NCBI GenBank assembly: GCA_963840255.1 | Contig: CAWIYB010000005.1 | Location: 384,007-448,006, forward strand | DNA: 64,000 nt | Direction: 5' to 3' | From: an uncultured Chloroflexia bacterium | Lineage (GTDB): Bacteria > Chloroflexota > Anaerolineae > Anaerolineales > UBA4823 | Shown: positions 21,167-30,388 of the stretch, piece after piece | Layout: every line of letters starts with the position of its first letter | How positions within the stretch are numbered: position 1 is the stretch's first letter | Position numbers and translations under genes: made by a program | The notes under the pieces: model-generated | The model's input: the letters and a program-made list of their open reading frames with translations, nothing else | Databases searched by the model: none | Told to the model about the DNA's origin: nothing

Positions 21167-22882
21167 TTATATCCCTAAAAGTAGATTCTTCCGGTAGGGT
21201 TTGTCCCGGCTACATGTTCTTCCAACACCCTCCACGGATTGCCCAATAAAAGACTTACCACACTCATAACTTTCATTAATTCTCCTTTCAGGCTCCCTTA
21301 ACATGTCACCGGCTCCCTCTCCGTTCACTTCAAATACCAGCCACAACTTTCCCGTCCCCGGCTCATAGACCGCATCATAACCCCATGTTCTAGTATTATC
21401 AGTAGAATACCTGGTCTTGCCGCCAGTCATCGGTAACGCCGGTTCGCCGACGCTCTCTTGGTTCATTAATGTTTCATACACCCCAATCTCAGTGACGGGG
21501 ATATTTTTAAAAATTTCTACTTGTCCGGTTTGCGGGTTCCAGGCACTTAATTCCTTTAAGGTTATCTTGTTACCGGCTTTAAGCCACTCCACAAATTGGT
21601 TGTAGGTCATGTCTTCTGGTAAATTGCCGTCCGCCTGCATTCTGGCCAAAGCCACTTCCTGCCAATAACGGATAAAGAGCCCTTGGTTCCGCCATGTCAT
21701 CCGATAGTCCGCCCCCAAGGCCTTCTCATTCAGGGTGATTGAAATCCCTAGTCCCGGCGACCGGTCCGCCTCCACCGCAATCGTGTCGTGGCCGGAGGTC
21801 CTGACCATGTAGTCAAAATAGGTTTCGCCGGTAGGTACCAGCGCCCGGGCCGCGGCGTCATAGCGGTTTACTTGCCAGCCAAATACCAGCTCCCCTTGGT
21901 AAGCCGCGATCACGTGCCATTCGGGGTCAAGATAGGCTACTAACTGCCTGTTCTTGATGGCTACGAAGTCATTATTTGTCCACGGCGACAAGCTCATCGA
22001 CTGCCAGACTGGACAGCTCTCGTGTGCCATAGATTACGTACGCTCCCTTCTCCCACCTCATTAAATGGCCGTCCTGGATGGTAAAACCTTCCCGCCAGAC
22101 CTGCGCCTCCTTGTCCCAACCCAGTTTTCTCCCGGCCGAGTTGTGGACAATACCCTCCTCATCAATCACTTGATTGCTCCCGTTTAGCTCTACCAACGCT
22201 TTCACTTTATTATTGAAGCTTACCACCAGCCCCTCGGTTGTGGGAAGAAGTCGGTCGGCCTGAACAGGTATTTCCCGCTTCCCTAGAGCATCAGCCACAG
22301 TGACTTTCATTGGGGTAAAGCTCTGGCCATCCCAACTGGCCAGGTGCTTATTGTCCATCGTAAACCTAAGCCAGTTACCGTCAGCGGTTGGGACCAGCCA
22401 CATGACCACCTGGCCTTCCTGGTTCAAAACATTGACGCTCCCGTTCGTTTCCGTTTCGTAAGTGACGTTACCTAAGAGGTTACTAACCTGAACCTTCAAA
22501 TCCGCTGGAACGGTGCCAGCATCAGCCCACTCGCCCGCGTCAGCGTCAAAACGATACAAGACAACACCGTCGGATGCACAATCTTGTTCTCAATTATTTG
22601 CGCTCCTTCTGGGAGGGTTCCATTCGATAATACGATCGCTTGATACTCACCAAGGGAGGCATCCCACGCAAGTAATGCACCATCGCGGATCACAAAAGGT
22701 TCGGGGATAGGTGTAGAGGTCGATGTGGGTTCAGGTGTGAACGTGGGCTGAGGTGTCTCCGTGAGAGTGGTTGGTGGATTGGTAGGAATTATGACAGTGG
22801 CTTGTGGGAGTGGTAAGACTGAGCAGGCTGCCAGAAACAGAACCAGGACAAACGGAAAAATTGTTATGATACATCTAGTCAC
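21167..22882 (-). pseudogene. Secreted lipoprotein-like gene split by two apparent frameshifts
   Basis: Three consecutive same-strand ORFs (22882-22496, 22559-21972, 22030-21167) overlap by 64 and 59 nt. Only the first has a signal peptide and lipobox (LFLAACS) plus a Pro/Thr linker. Sense continues across the frame changes: ..IIENKIV / ASDGVVLYRFDADAGEW.. and ..DELVAVD / NNDFVAIKNRQL.. Confidence 0.5.
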
Positions 22883-22969
22883 CTTTGATAGTGCAAAAAC
22901 GAATGTGGAACATTATAAATCATATTACCAGGAATTATTTCTCTCCGGTTCTGTGTCGATAGTCCTGGA

Positions 22970-23491
22970 TCAACGATCGATTTGCTCTCTCAGCTCGCTC
23001 AGACTCGCTTGGATAAGCTTTAAGCGTTCCAGCTCTCTTGGGCTAAGCCGTTCTTCAAAATCCCTAGGGCGATAATTATAGTGATCGATATACCCCTGGA
23101 TTCTATTTCTTCTCGCATCAACATCAGGAACACCACGAATTTTGGGCGAATATTGGTCGTTGCTGACCATCCACTGGTCAAAAGGCACATCTCGCTTGGA
23201 ATCGTCACATTGAGCACAAGCAAGAACCATGTTACCGATGACTGTCTCTCCCCATCGCTTGATGGGCACAAGGTGGTCCCAGCGCTTTACATCCTGGGTG
23301 CCACAGAAAACACATTCGGGGTTCTCCTGATTGAAATATGTTAGGATCTTCTCGATCTCTAGCATACGGAAATCCCGCCTTCCCAGACACTCAGACAGAG
23401 CTCGATCAACCATTGAAAATGCAAATCCAGGAGTTGTCCGCCCAGGCACCAGAGGTATTTTTACCATGTAATTATCTCCAATATTTGACAA
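22970..23491 (-). CDS. HNH endonuclease
   Basis: 173 aa with the HNH core CVFCG..x..DHLVPIKRWGETVIGNMVLACAQCDDSK and a coiled-coil-like C-terminal tail. Confidence 0.8.
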   Translation of the reverse strand: MSNIGDNYMVKIPLVPGRTTPGFAFSMVDRALSECLGRRDFRMLEIEKILTYFNQENPECVFCGTQDVKRWDHLVPIKRWGETVIGNMVLACAQCDDSKRDVPFDQWMVSNDQYSPKIRGVPDVDARRNRIQGYIDHYNYRPRDFEERLSPRELERLKLIQASLSELREQIDR

Positions 23492-23779
23492 TGATTTCTA
23501 TGGAAGCATGTTTGAGCTATGCCCTAACCGATGATTATGCATCCCAGCATTGGCAGTATGGCACAAACCCATATTCATTATACGAGAATTTTTACCGATT
23601 GACCCACGAAAACTAGTCTCTATAATCGGCATATGACCAGTTTAGAATCCCATTGGATCAGTCCGGAGGAAATGATCCTAAATCTTCAGGAGAACCTCCG
23701 TCAGCACCGCGAGAATAAATATGCTTTTCAGGTCGGCTTGAAAGATGTCGATTTTGAAATAGCGAGAAACATACCAGAC

Positions 23780-24558
23780 GTTGGGTTTCGCACGGGAGAG
23801 CATTATGCTCAATCCGGTTCAAGTACAAACAGGATGACCCCAACCTGCATCTCTGCCTAACAAACCGAAAAATTACGGAGACGTCCCCGCGGGGCGTCTC
23901 TACGAAGAAAAGGCTGCTGGGTGTCGCAAAGATCACTTACTCCGGTTTTAGAACAACCGGACAGGCACACCTTACCGATACCCCCGGACAGAGCTAGATT
24001 TTGGATCAATTCCTGACTTACAAGTCGAGAAGGCGTCGCTGAGAGGCTCCGGTAGAGCGTCTCTACAAAGGAAAGAATGTTGGGTTTCCCCTCGAAGAAA
24101 TCTCGGGACAGGCGCAAAGATCGCTCAATCCGGTTCAAGTGCAAACCGGATGACCCCAACCTACAACTGACTGGTCTAGTCGTTGTAAATCCATAAAGAG
24201 CAGATTGCCGCAGCGCAAGAAAAACACTTGCGCTTCGCAATGACGGGATATTTTTGGGACTTGTCCGATGTTTTGTCCGAAGGTCAGAAATCTGCGATAT
24301 TGGAGACGCCCCGGCGGGGCGTCTCTACAAGGGAAAGAATGTTGGGTTTCGCACGGGAAAGCATCGCGCTCAATCCGGTTCAAGTGCAAACCGGATGACC
24401 CCAACCTACCTCTCCGCCTGATAAACCGAACGATTTCGGAGACGCTCCGGTGGAGCGTCTCTACAAAAGAAAAGATGTTGGATCAAGTCATGGTTGGTGT
24501 AATCCGAGCCAAAACGACCACTGAGACGCCCCGGCGGGGCGTCTCTACAAAGAAAAGG
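23780..24558. repeat. Mosaic of interspersed hairpin repeats (families A, B, C, F)
   Basis: A hairpins (GAGACGCCCCGGCGGGGCGTCTC followed by TACAAnGnAAAG): 23878-23900, about 24041-24063 (degenerate), 24303-24325, 24438-24462, 24523-24545. B elements (GTTGGGTTTCGCACGGGA..CAATCCGGTTCAAGTGCAAACCGGATGACCCCAAC): 23780-23844, 24079-24160, 24341-24405. C element: 24201-24244. F element: 24261-24292. Confidence 0.85.
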
Positions 24559-24565
24559 CGAATTA

Positions 24566-26488
24566 TTATGGGCAATCCAACCATTCAATGGGCTGACTGC
24601 CAGCATTACCCAGTCCATAACCAAAGGGAAAGAGCGGAGCATCACAACCGGTGAGATTAGCTGAGTTATTGATGTTGATGGGCAACTGATCGTTCGAACG
24701 CGGCCAGGTGTAGGGGAGTTTGCCGACGAATGGATAATCTCCAAACAATACATCGGCCACGCCCGCCCCCTCCGAGCCCGGCAGCCAGGCAGCCACCCAG
24801 GCTTCCGCGGTTTGGTACTGGTCGGTGATCACCAGCGGACGACCAGACAGGATCACCACGATCAATTTATCCACTTTCGGGCGTATTGCGTTGATGACCA
24901 TCTGATCCACCGGATAGAGGGTTAAATCTGCCTTATCCCCCAGCCCTTCTGCATAGGGCACCTCACCCACAATCGCAATACCCAGCGGGGCCTTTCCGCT
25001 GAAACTCACAAATTGACCCGAGCTATCGAATAACACTTGCGTATTGGGACCAGCCAGCTTTTGGACCCCATCCAAGATGGTTGTACCCTTAAGGGTGTTC
25101 CTTTGCTCCCCCTGCCAATCCAACGTCCAGCCGCCTGCCTGGATCCCGGTGCTGTTGATACCGGCTACCAGGATGGTGGGGACATTTTTATCGATCGGAA
25201 GAGCATTCTTCTCGTTCTTCAGCAGCACCAGCGACTCGCGCACCGCCTGGCGAGCCAGGGCTCTGTGCTCATCCGAGCCGACCGTGGCGGCCAGGCCTGG
25301 ATCACCGTAAGGATTTTCGAACAAGCCCAGCATGAACTTGGCGCGCAGGATACGGCGGACGGCATCGTCAATGCGCGCCTGGGTAATATCGCCATTCAGC
25401 ACCGCCTGTTTCAGGGTGCCGATGAACAGCTGATAATAGTAGGGCACCATATTCATATCAACGCCTGCATTGATGGAAGTCACAACAGCCGTGTAGTAAT
25501 CGGGATCCACCTGATTGATGCCGCCCCAATCAGAGACAACAAAACCCTGAAAACCAAGCTCACCCTTGAGGACATCGGTCAGTAAATAGCGCTGGGCATG
25601 CATCCTTACCCCATTCCAGCTGCTGAAGGAGACCATCACACTCATAGCGCCAGAATCCACGGCCGCCTGATAGGGAGGCAGGTACAACCGGCGCAACGTG
25701 ACTTCATCCACCTGCATGTCGCCCGTATCCAGCATATACTGAAAGTACATGTATTGCTTAATTGAGCCCCAGGTGGTTCCTCCATCGCCGATATAGTGTT
25801 TGGGGGTCGCCAAGGCATAAAGGGTTTGACCATCGGTGGCATTGGAACCTGCGGGGATGGTTTGAAATCCCTGGATATAAGCCGATGAGAGCTCAGTAAC
25901 CAAGGCAGTATCTTCGCTGAAGCCCTCATACGTGCGACCCCAGCGGATATCTTGTGGAACAGCCACGCACGGGGCAAAATTCCAGGGGATACCGGCGGCG
26001 CGCATCTCCTCGGCTGTCACCTGCCCGATCTGGCGCACCAGCTCCGGGTCGCGCATAGCTCCCAGACCGATGTTGTGGGGAAAAATCGTAGCACCATTGA
26101 CGTGCGCAAAACCATGTACCGAATCGACCCCGAAGACCAGGGGGATGGCCAGGCGGGTAGTAACCGCCTCAACCTGATAACTCTTCGGTATTTCGGTCCA
26201 ATCTGCAAGCGAGTAAAAGCCGCCACTGTTCCCACCACTCAGTATGGAGCCGATGAAGTATTTGGCAACTTCAGCAGGGGGAAATAAATAATAGGGGGAA
26301 ATGCTGCCATTTTCCACCTGAGTCATCTGACCAACCTTCTCATCCAGCGTCATGCGGGAGAGCAAATCTTCCACGCGCACTTCCACCGGCTGGGTAGGAT
26401 CCTTATACGGCGCTAATTTCGACTTCGAGGAGCACGAGACTAATAGAACGACAAGCAGCAAAAGAAAGGTTGTGCGTTTCATATTCAT
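24566..26488 (-). CDS. Glycoside hydrolase family 3 (beta-glucosidase/BglX-like), lipoprotein
   Basis: 640 aa with a signal peptide and lipobox (LLVSCSS), GH3 N-terminal motifs (GVDSVHG, KHYIGDG, FVVSDWGG) and a C-terminal sandwich domain. Confidence 0.9.
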   Translation of the reverse strand: MNMKRTTFLLLLVVLLVSCSSKSKLAPYKDPTQPVEVRVEDLLSRMTLDEKVGQMTQVENGSISPYYLFPPAEVAKYFIGSILSGGNSGGFYSLADWTEIPKSYQVEAVTTRLAIPLVFGVDSVHGFAHVNGATIFPHNIGLGAMRDPELVRQIGQVTAEEMRAAGIPWNFAPCVAVPQDIRWGRTYEGFSEDTALVTELSSAYIQGFQTIPAGSNATDGQTLYALATPKHYIGDGGTTWGSIKQYMYFQYMLDTGDMQVDEVTLRRLYLPPYQAAVDSGAMSVMVSFSSWNGVRMHAQRYLLTDVLKGELGFQGFVVSDWGGINQVDPDYYTAVVTSINAGVDMNMVPYYYQLFIGTLKQAVLNGDITQARIDDAVRRILRAKFMLGLFENPYGDPGLAATVGSDEHRALARQAVRESLVLLKNEKNALPIDKNVPTILVAGINSTGIQAGGWTLDWQGEQRNTLKGTTILDGVQKLAGPNTQVLFDSSGQFVSFSGKAPLGIAIVGEVPYAEGLGDKADLTLYPVDQMVINAIRPKVDKLIVVILSGRPLVITDQYQTAEAWVAAWLPGSEGAGVADVLFGDYPFVGKLPYTWPRSNDQLPININNSANLTGCDAPLFPFGYGLGNAGSQPIEWLDCP

Positions 26489-26972
26489 CTTACCCGTTCA
26501 ATGAGGTTTTTCCTTACAACAGAATGACTTCGACTTGCACATCACCGACAGCAGCGGAGACGACCGTCCCGGCAATATGTGTTACCAGGCGGTTTAAGGT
26601 CCAATTCCAGGCGAGGGGTCTAGTTCGAAAAAACAGCTGACCGATTTGGCTCATTGCATTTCACTGAGAGGCGACCCATGAAACATGTTTATTAAATGCA
26701 AGTTGTGCAGGTAAAGTATACACCCAGCCACCTGAGAAGTATAAATAAATTGTTGAGTCTCTTTAAAATCGCGCTTAAGAAGATTGAGGGGTGGATCCCA
26801 GGTAAACGGATAAGGTAACGGATTAGCGGATTTTTATTCGTGTATCAGGTGCTTCAATCATGTATTGGGTCGAGAAGTTTTTTTACGTAGAAGATAGAGC
26901 CGGTCTACGTCTGCCAACTCTTTTCGATTACGATTGATAATTATCCTCTATATCCCTTAGTAAATTTAAGTA

Positions 26973-27142
26973 TGGGGTTTCACATAAACCGCTCTATCCG
27001 GTGATAGAACGAACCGGATGACCCCAGCCTCCAACTGACGGGCTAGATAATATTCTATTACCGTGGATTCGCGACATTGGTTATCAAGGTGACAGTCAGC
27101 AACCTTTGAGCTCTAGCGGAGACGCTCCGGTGGAGCGTCTCT
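26973..27142. repeat. B-type plus A-type hairpin repeat copy
   Basis: The B variant at 26973-27029 (..ATCCGGTGATAGAACGAACCGGATGACCCCAGCC) shares the tail CAACTGACnGGnCTAG with the copy at 24160. The A hairpin GGAGACGCTCC-GGT-GGAGCGTCTCT lies at 27118-27142. Confidence 0.8.
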
Positions 27143-27154
27143 ACAAAGAAAAGG

Positions 27155-27808
27155 CTACAAATTCAGGAAGGCGAGGGTGCGATCCCAAGACAAATTGGCG
27201 GCAGCCTGGTTATATGCATCCGTGCGGTCAGGCTCGAAAAACCAGTGCCCGGTGCCAGGGTAAACGTAGAAAGTCACCGGACGCCCAGCACGCTTCAAGG
27301 ATTGCTCCAGGGAATCGACATTGGACTTCGTCTCATACTGATCGTTCTCGGCGAAGTGACCAAGGTAGGCGGCTCTCGAGGTGCTGAAGTCAGTGCCCAT
27401 GGTCCCTTCGGTGCCGTAAAAAAGGACCACGGAACGGATGTGTTCGGGATCAGCAGCGGAGAGATCAAGGGCGAAAAAACCACCCAGCGAGAAGGCAAGC
27501 ACGGCAAGTCCGCGATCGGTCTGTCCAACACGTTCGCTGAGAAACAGGGCAGCCTCGGCGACCTCGGCCTTCGCCTGGAGGTAATTCGCATCGACAGTGC
27601 CGCCCAGGATTTCTGCATCAGGAATGGTGTCGGCGACCTTACCATGGTAGAGGTCAGGGGCGAAAGCGATGAAGCCAGATGCAGCCAGCTGGTTACAGAC
27701 TCCCTTGATGGTGTCGTTCAACCCCCACCAGGCATGCAGAACCAAGACGCCGGGTCCCGAGCCGGTGGGCGGGAGGGCAAGAAAGCCTTGAGGTTGAGGA
27801 TGTGTCAT
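27155..27808 (-). CDS. Dienelactone hydrolase family protein
   Basis: 217 aa alpha/beta hydrolase with VLHAWWGLN, the nucleophile elbow FSLGG and the C-terminal YPGTGHWF. Confidence 0.85.
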   Translation of the reverse strand: MTHPQPQGFLALPPTGSGPGVLVLHAWWGLNDTIKGVCNQLAASGFIAFAPDLYHGKVADTIPDAEILGGTVDANYLQAKAEVAEAALFLSERVGQTDRGLAVLAFSLGGFFALDLSAADPEHIRSVVLFYGTEGTMGTDFSTSRAAYLGHFAENDQYETKSNVDSLEQSLKRAGRPVTFYVYPGTGHWFFEPDRTDAYNQAAANLSWDRTLAFLNL

Positions 27809-27903
27809 ATGGACTCCTTATCAAGTATGGGGTAGCGCTTCGGTAAGTATATTCAAAATCTGTTCAATGGTGATTAATTTATTATGCACGTTTCGTCCCC
27901 GAG

Positions 27904-28419
27904 TTAGTGCTGCGAAAGGAAGCTCGCAACATCCGAAATAAAAATTAAGCTCTCGGTCTCGATTTGGTCGGTCAAGGTATCCAGATCACCAAAATCCGGA
28001 TGGGCAACCAGAACGGACTCCACAATTGAATCAACGCCTTGTGTAGATGGAACAAGGTGATATTTATCCCAACCGCTTTCAGTAATCAATTTCCAGTATT
28101 TTTGTTGGACCTGTTTGTTAGAGCCTGCCAACCAGGCTTCAAACCGGAATGCCTGATGGACAAAAACAATGGCAACTTTCAAGTTCCGCTGGTGCAATGC
28201 TTGGGGATAGAAGGAAAAATAGGTCATATCCATATAGCCAAAATAAATGCTGCCGGAGACGAAATAGTCAGGATATTTCTTTTGAAAATGAATGCGCAGC
28301 TGCATGATGTATTCCATCAATCCCTTATAGGCGATTTGAATTTCACCCTGCTCCAGCTGCTTGCGATATTCAATTATGGATTCGTAAAAAGTCGCCAAAA
28401 TTGATCTCCTCCCCTGCAT
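27904..28419 (-). CDS. Hypothetical protein
   Basis: 171-aa ORF with no overlapping competitor of comparable length. I do not recognise a family. Confidence 0.45.
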   Translation of the reverse strand: MQGRRSILATFYESIIEYRKQLEQGEIQIAYKGLMEYIMQLRIHFQKKYPDYFVSGSIYFGYMDMTYFSFYPQALHQRNLKVAIVFVHQAFRFEAWLAGSNKQVQQKYWKLITESGWDKYHLVPSTQGVDSIVESVLVAHPDFGDLDTLTDQIETESLIFISDVASFLSQH

Positions 28420-28470
28420 AATAAGAGCACTTATTTAAATGGTTATCGTTAGCAATACCTGGAGGGTATG

Positions 28471-30096
28471 CTAACGGTCGATATACCTGGCGGGTGGAAC
28501 AATATTCACAGCTTGATGTGCCAACGCTCCTTCCGCCACCCAACCGGTAACGAATCCAAAATCAACATACCACCAATAGATGCCCTTTGCCAGCACACCA
28601 TCCAAACCATTCATCTGGTCCACGATACTACCGTTGGAACCATTGGGAACGGCGGTAAAACTGGCGTAATTCGTGCCAGGACCTACGCGCACATCTGTAT
28701 CAATGAGTGTGGTGACTGGATCAGCGGGTAAAAAGGCCTGCGAGTATTCACCCGGCTGCGTGACCACCATCAGCATCCCGTTTGCTATGGGTCGTTCAAT
28801 ACCGGCAGGTGAGCTGATGACATCATCCTCATTTACCACTCCAGGCTGTCCCATATTGCTGTTGCGCATGACGAATGGAATATAGGTCGAGTGGGTGGCC
28901 ATGCAGGTGTAAATATTGCAAAATGTGTTATTTACTACTAATCCATTGATGACCATGGTCGAGGAACCACCCCCATCCTGGGCCACACCAGAGGTGGCAC
29001 CCAATTGGTCACGGGTAAACAGGGCCAGCTCGTTAATGGTCATACCCACACTGTGCTGGATATCCCTGCCATCCACCACCACGAAAAATACATACTGGTC
29101 GTTAAAAGCGATGGCAGTACGCGGGTTGCGGTTGGTGGCACCGGGATCGTCGTTAAATTCACGGATTTGCCCGTTCTTCAGGTAAGGAAATGCACCCTGG
29201 ATACTGGTGTAAGTCTTTGTCCAGTCGATAGGATCGTATCCTGGGCAGGAAGTGATTTCTTGTGAAACCCCTATTTCACTATCGATGGATACATTCGCCA
29301 ACAGGGTTGCGGCGGCTTCCCCGGTGGCGGAGAGCACAATGGAATTAAACCGGATCACGCTGTTGCCTTCAGCGTTGCGTATCTGGCGCACAATTCCCCT
29401 GGCAGAATTGGGTGCAGGCAAGATCATGGTGGGACGCAACATCTCCACCAGTACCTCGACTCCTGAATTATCCGTACCGGTCCGGGTGTTGTATTGGGGG
29501 GTATAGATGACAAGCTCATCTGAGCCGCGGAGCCGGTTGACGCCGGAAATCTCCTGCTTATTGGTCGAAGGGTAGGTAATGAATTGCTTTTCAGCGATGT
29601 GATAAACACATTCACCGTATAATACGCTCCGGTCCAGCTTCCAGGCAAAGCCGCTCCAACCGCCCGAATTTTCATAACGCTTGGCATACCACCCCGACTG
29701 GATCTGCCCGCCTTGGGGGATATCTGTTCCAGGCACAATATAGGAGCCATTGATAGCGACGACTGCCTGGTTGCGCATTCCCCAAGTGGGAGGGTTGGCG
29801 TTACCACCCCAGTAATTAAGCGCCTGATCGTAGCGAGCATACATACCGCTGACCGTCTCTCGCCCCTCGGATAATTTCCCCTGGGCGATGGTGGTTTCGA
29901 GCGTCACCGTGGGGTTCGCTCTATCCATACGGACAACAAAGATGTTATTGGGGTCGGGCAGGCGGAATTTTTGATATTCGATGCCCGGAGCGATTTGCTC
30001 CCACGCCAGATCCTGTGCTGGAGATTGCGCCGAGACAGAACCGGTGACCACCAGGATGAGCACAAAAAACCAGAGAAAACTACGCCGTAATGCCAT
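28471..30096 (-). CDS. Secreted phosphodiester glycosidase family protein with C-terminal SH3-like domain
   Basis: 541 aa with a signal peptide. The region RTAIAF..FFVVVDGRD..SVGMTINELA..GVAQDGGGSSTMV is typical of the NAGPA/DUF2233 family. The C-terminal GIYWWYVDFGFVTGWVAEGAL resembles bacterial SH3. Confidence 0.75.
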   Translation of the reverse strand: MALRRSFLWFFVLILVVTGSVSAQSPAQDLAWEQIAPGIEYQKFRLPDPNNIFVVRMDRANPTVTLETTIAQGKLSEGRETVSGMYARYDQALNYWGGNANPPTWGMRNQAVVAINGSYIVPGTDIPQGGQIQSGWYAKRYENSGGWSGFAWKLDRSVLYGECVYHIAEKQFITYPSTNKQEISGVNRLRGSDELVIYTPQYNTRTGTDNSGVEVLVEMLRPTMILPAPNSARGIVRQIRNAEGNSVIRFNSIVLSATGEAAATLLANVSIDSEIGVSQEITSCPGYDPIDWTKTYTSIQGAFPYLKNGQIREFNDDPGATNRNPRTAIAFNDQYVFFVVVDGRDIQHSVGMTINELALFTRDQLGATSGVAQDGGGSSTMVINGLVVNNTFCNIYTCMATHSTYIPFVMRNSNMGQPGVVNEDDVISSPAGIERPIANGMLMVVTQPGEYSQAFLPADPVTTLIDTDVRVGPGTNYASFTAVPNGSNGSIVDQMNGLDGVLAKGIYWWYVDFGFVTGWVAEGALAHQAVNIVPPARYIDR

Positions 30097-30388
30097 TTGA
30101 ATCCGATCCGATTCTAAGACAACCTTTGTTGTAATTATTTAATAGATTGCAAGTTTAAATTATACTATGTTAGATTCGTTTGCAGACACATCACAGTAAG
30201 TTGATAAAGTACCAAATACGGCTGGGTTAGAATTAAAAGAATTCGTCTAAATTGAACCGGCGCAAGAGGTGATTATTGAATATAGATCGAAAATCATCCC
30301 TTCCGGTCGAATATCGGACCGGACAGGTCACGCCTTTATGTTTTTCGGAGAGTAATCTATAACAAGACTTTCAGGGCAGCCGTGACTT

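Noticed and set aside
21972-22592. Programmed ribosomal frameshifting to explain the split lipoprotein gene and the other split genes.
   Set aside because: No slippery heptamer (X XXY YYZ) with a downstream stimulatory structure is evident at any junction. Five unrelated genes are affected, so indel error or mutation is more parsimonious.
23780-23844. The B element as a tRNA or tRNA-like gene, because of GGTTCAAGT and a ~65-nt length with paired ends.
   Set aside because: No cloverleaf can be drawn: there are no D arm, anticodon arm or T-loop spacing. It also occurs in several tandemly interspersed copies, like a repeat.
22970-24560. An HNH gene next to structured repeats suggested a HEARO/IscB-omegaRNA type system.
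   Set aside because: The protein is only 173 aa, with no RuvC or bridge-helix segments. The adjacent sequence is a multi-copy mosaic of short hairpins rather than a single long guide-RNA scaffold.
23633-24753. ORF-track entries 23633-23860, 23658-23936, 23857-24240, 24135-24404, 24268-24654 and 24406-24753 as protein-coding genes.
   Set aside because: They overlap one another on both strands. Their peptides (for example GSSGLHLNRIE, RRDAPRGRL) are simply translations of the A and B repeat units. Only the first ~45 codons of 23633-23860 lie outside the repeats, and I cannot support that part as a gene.
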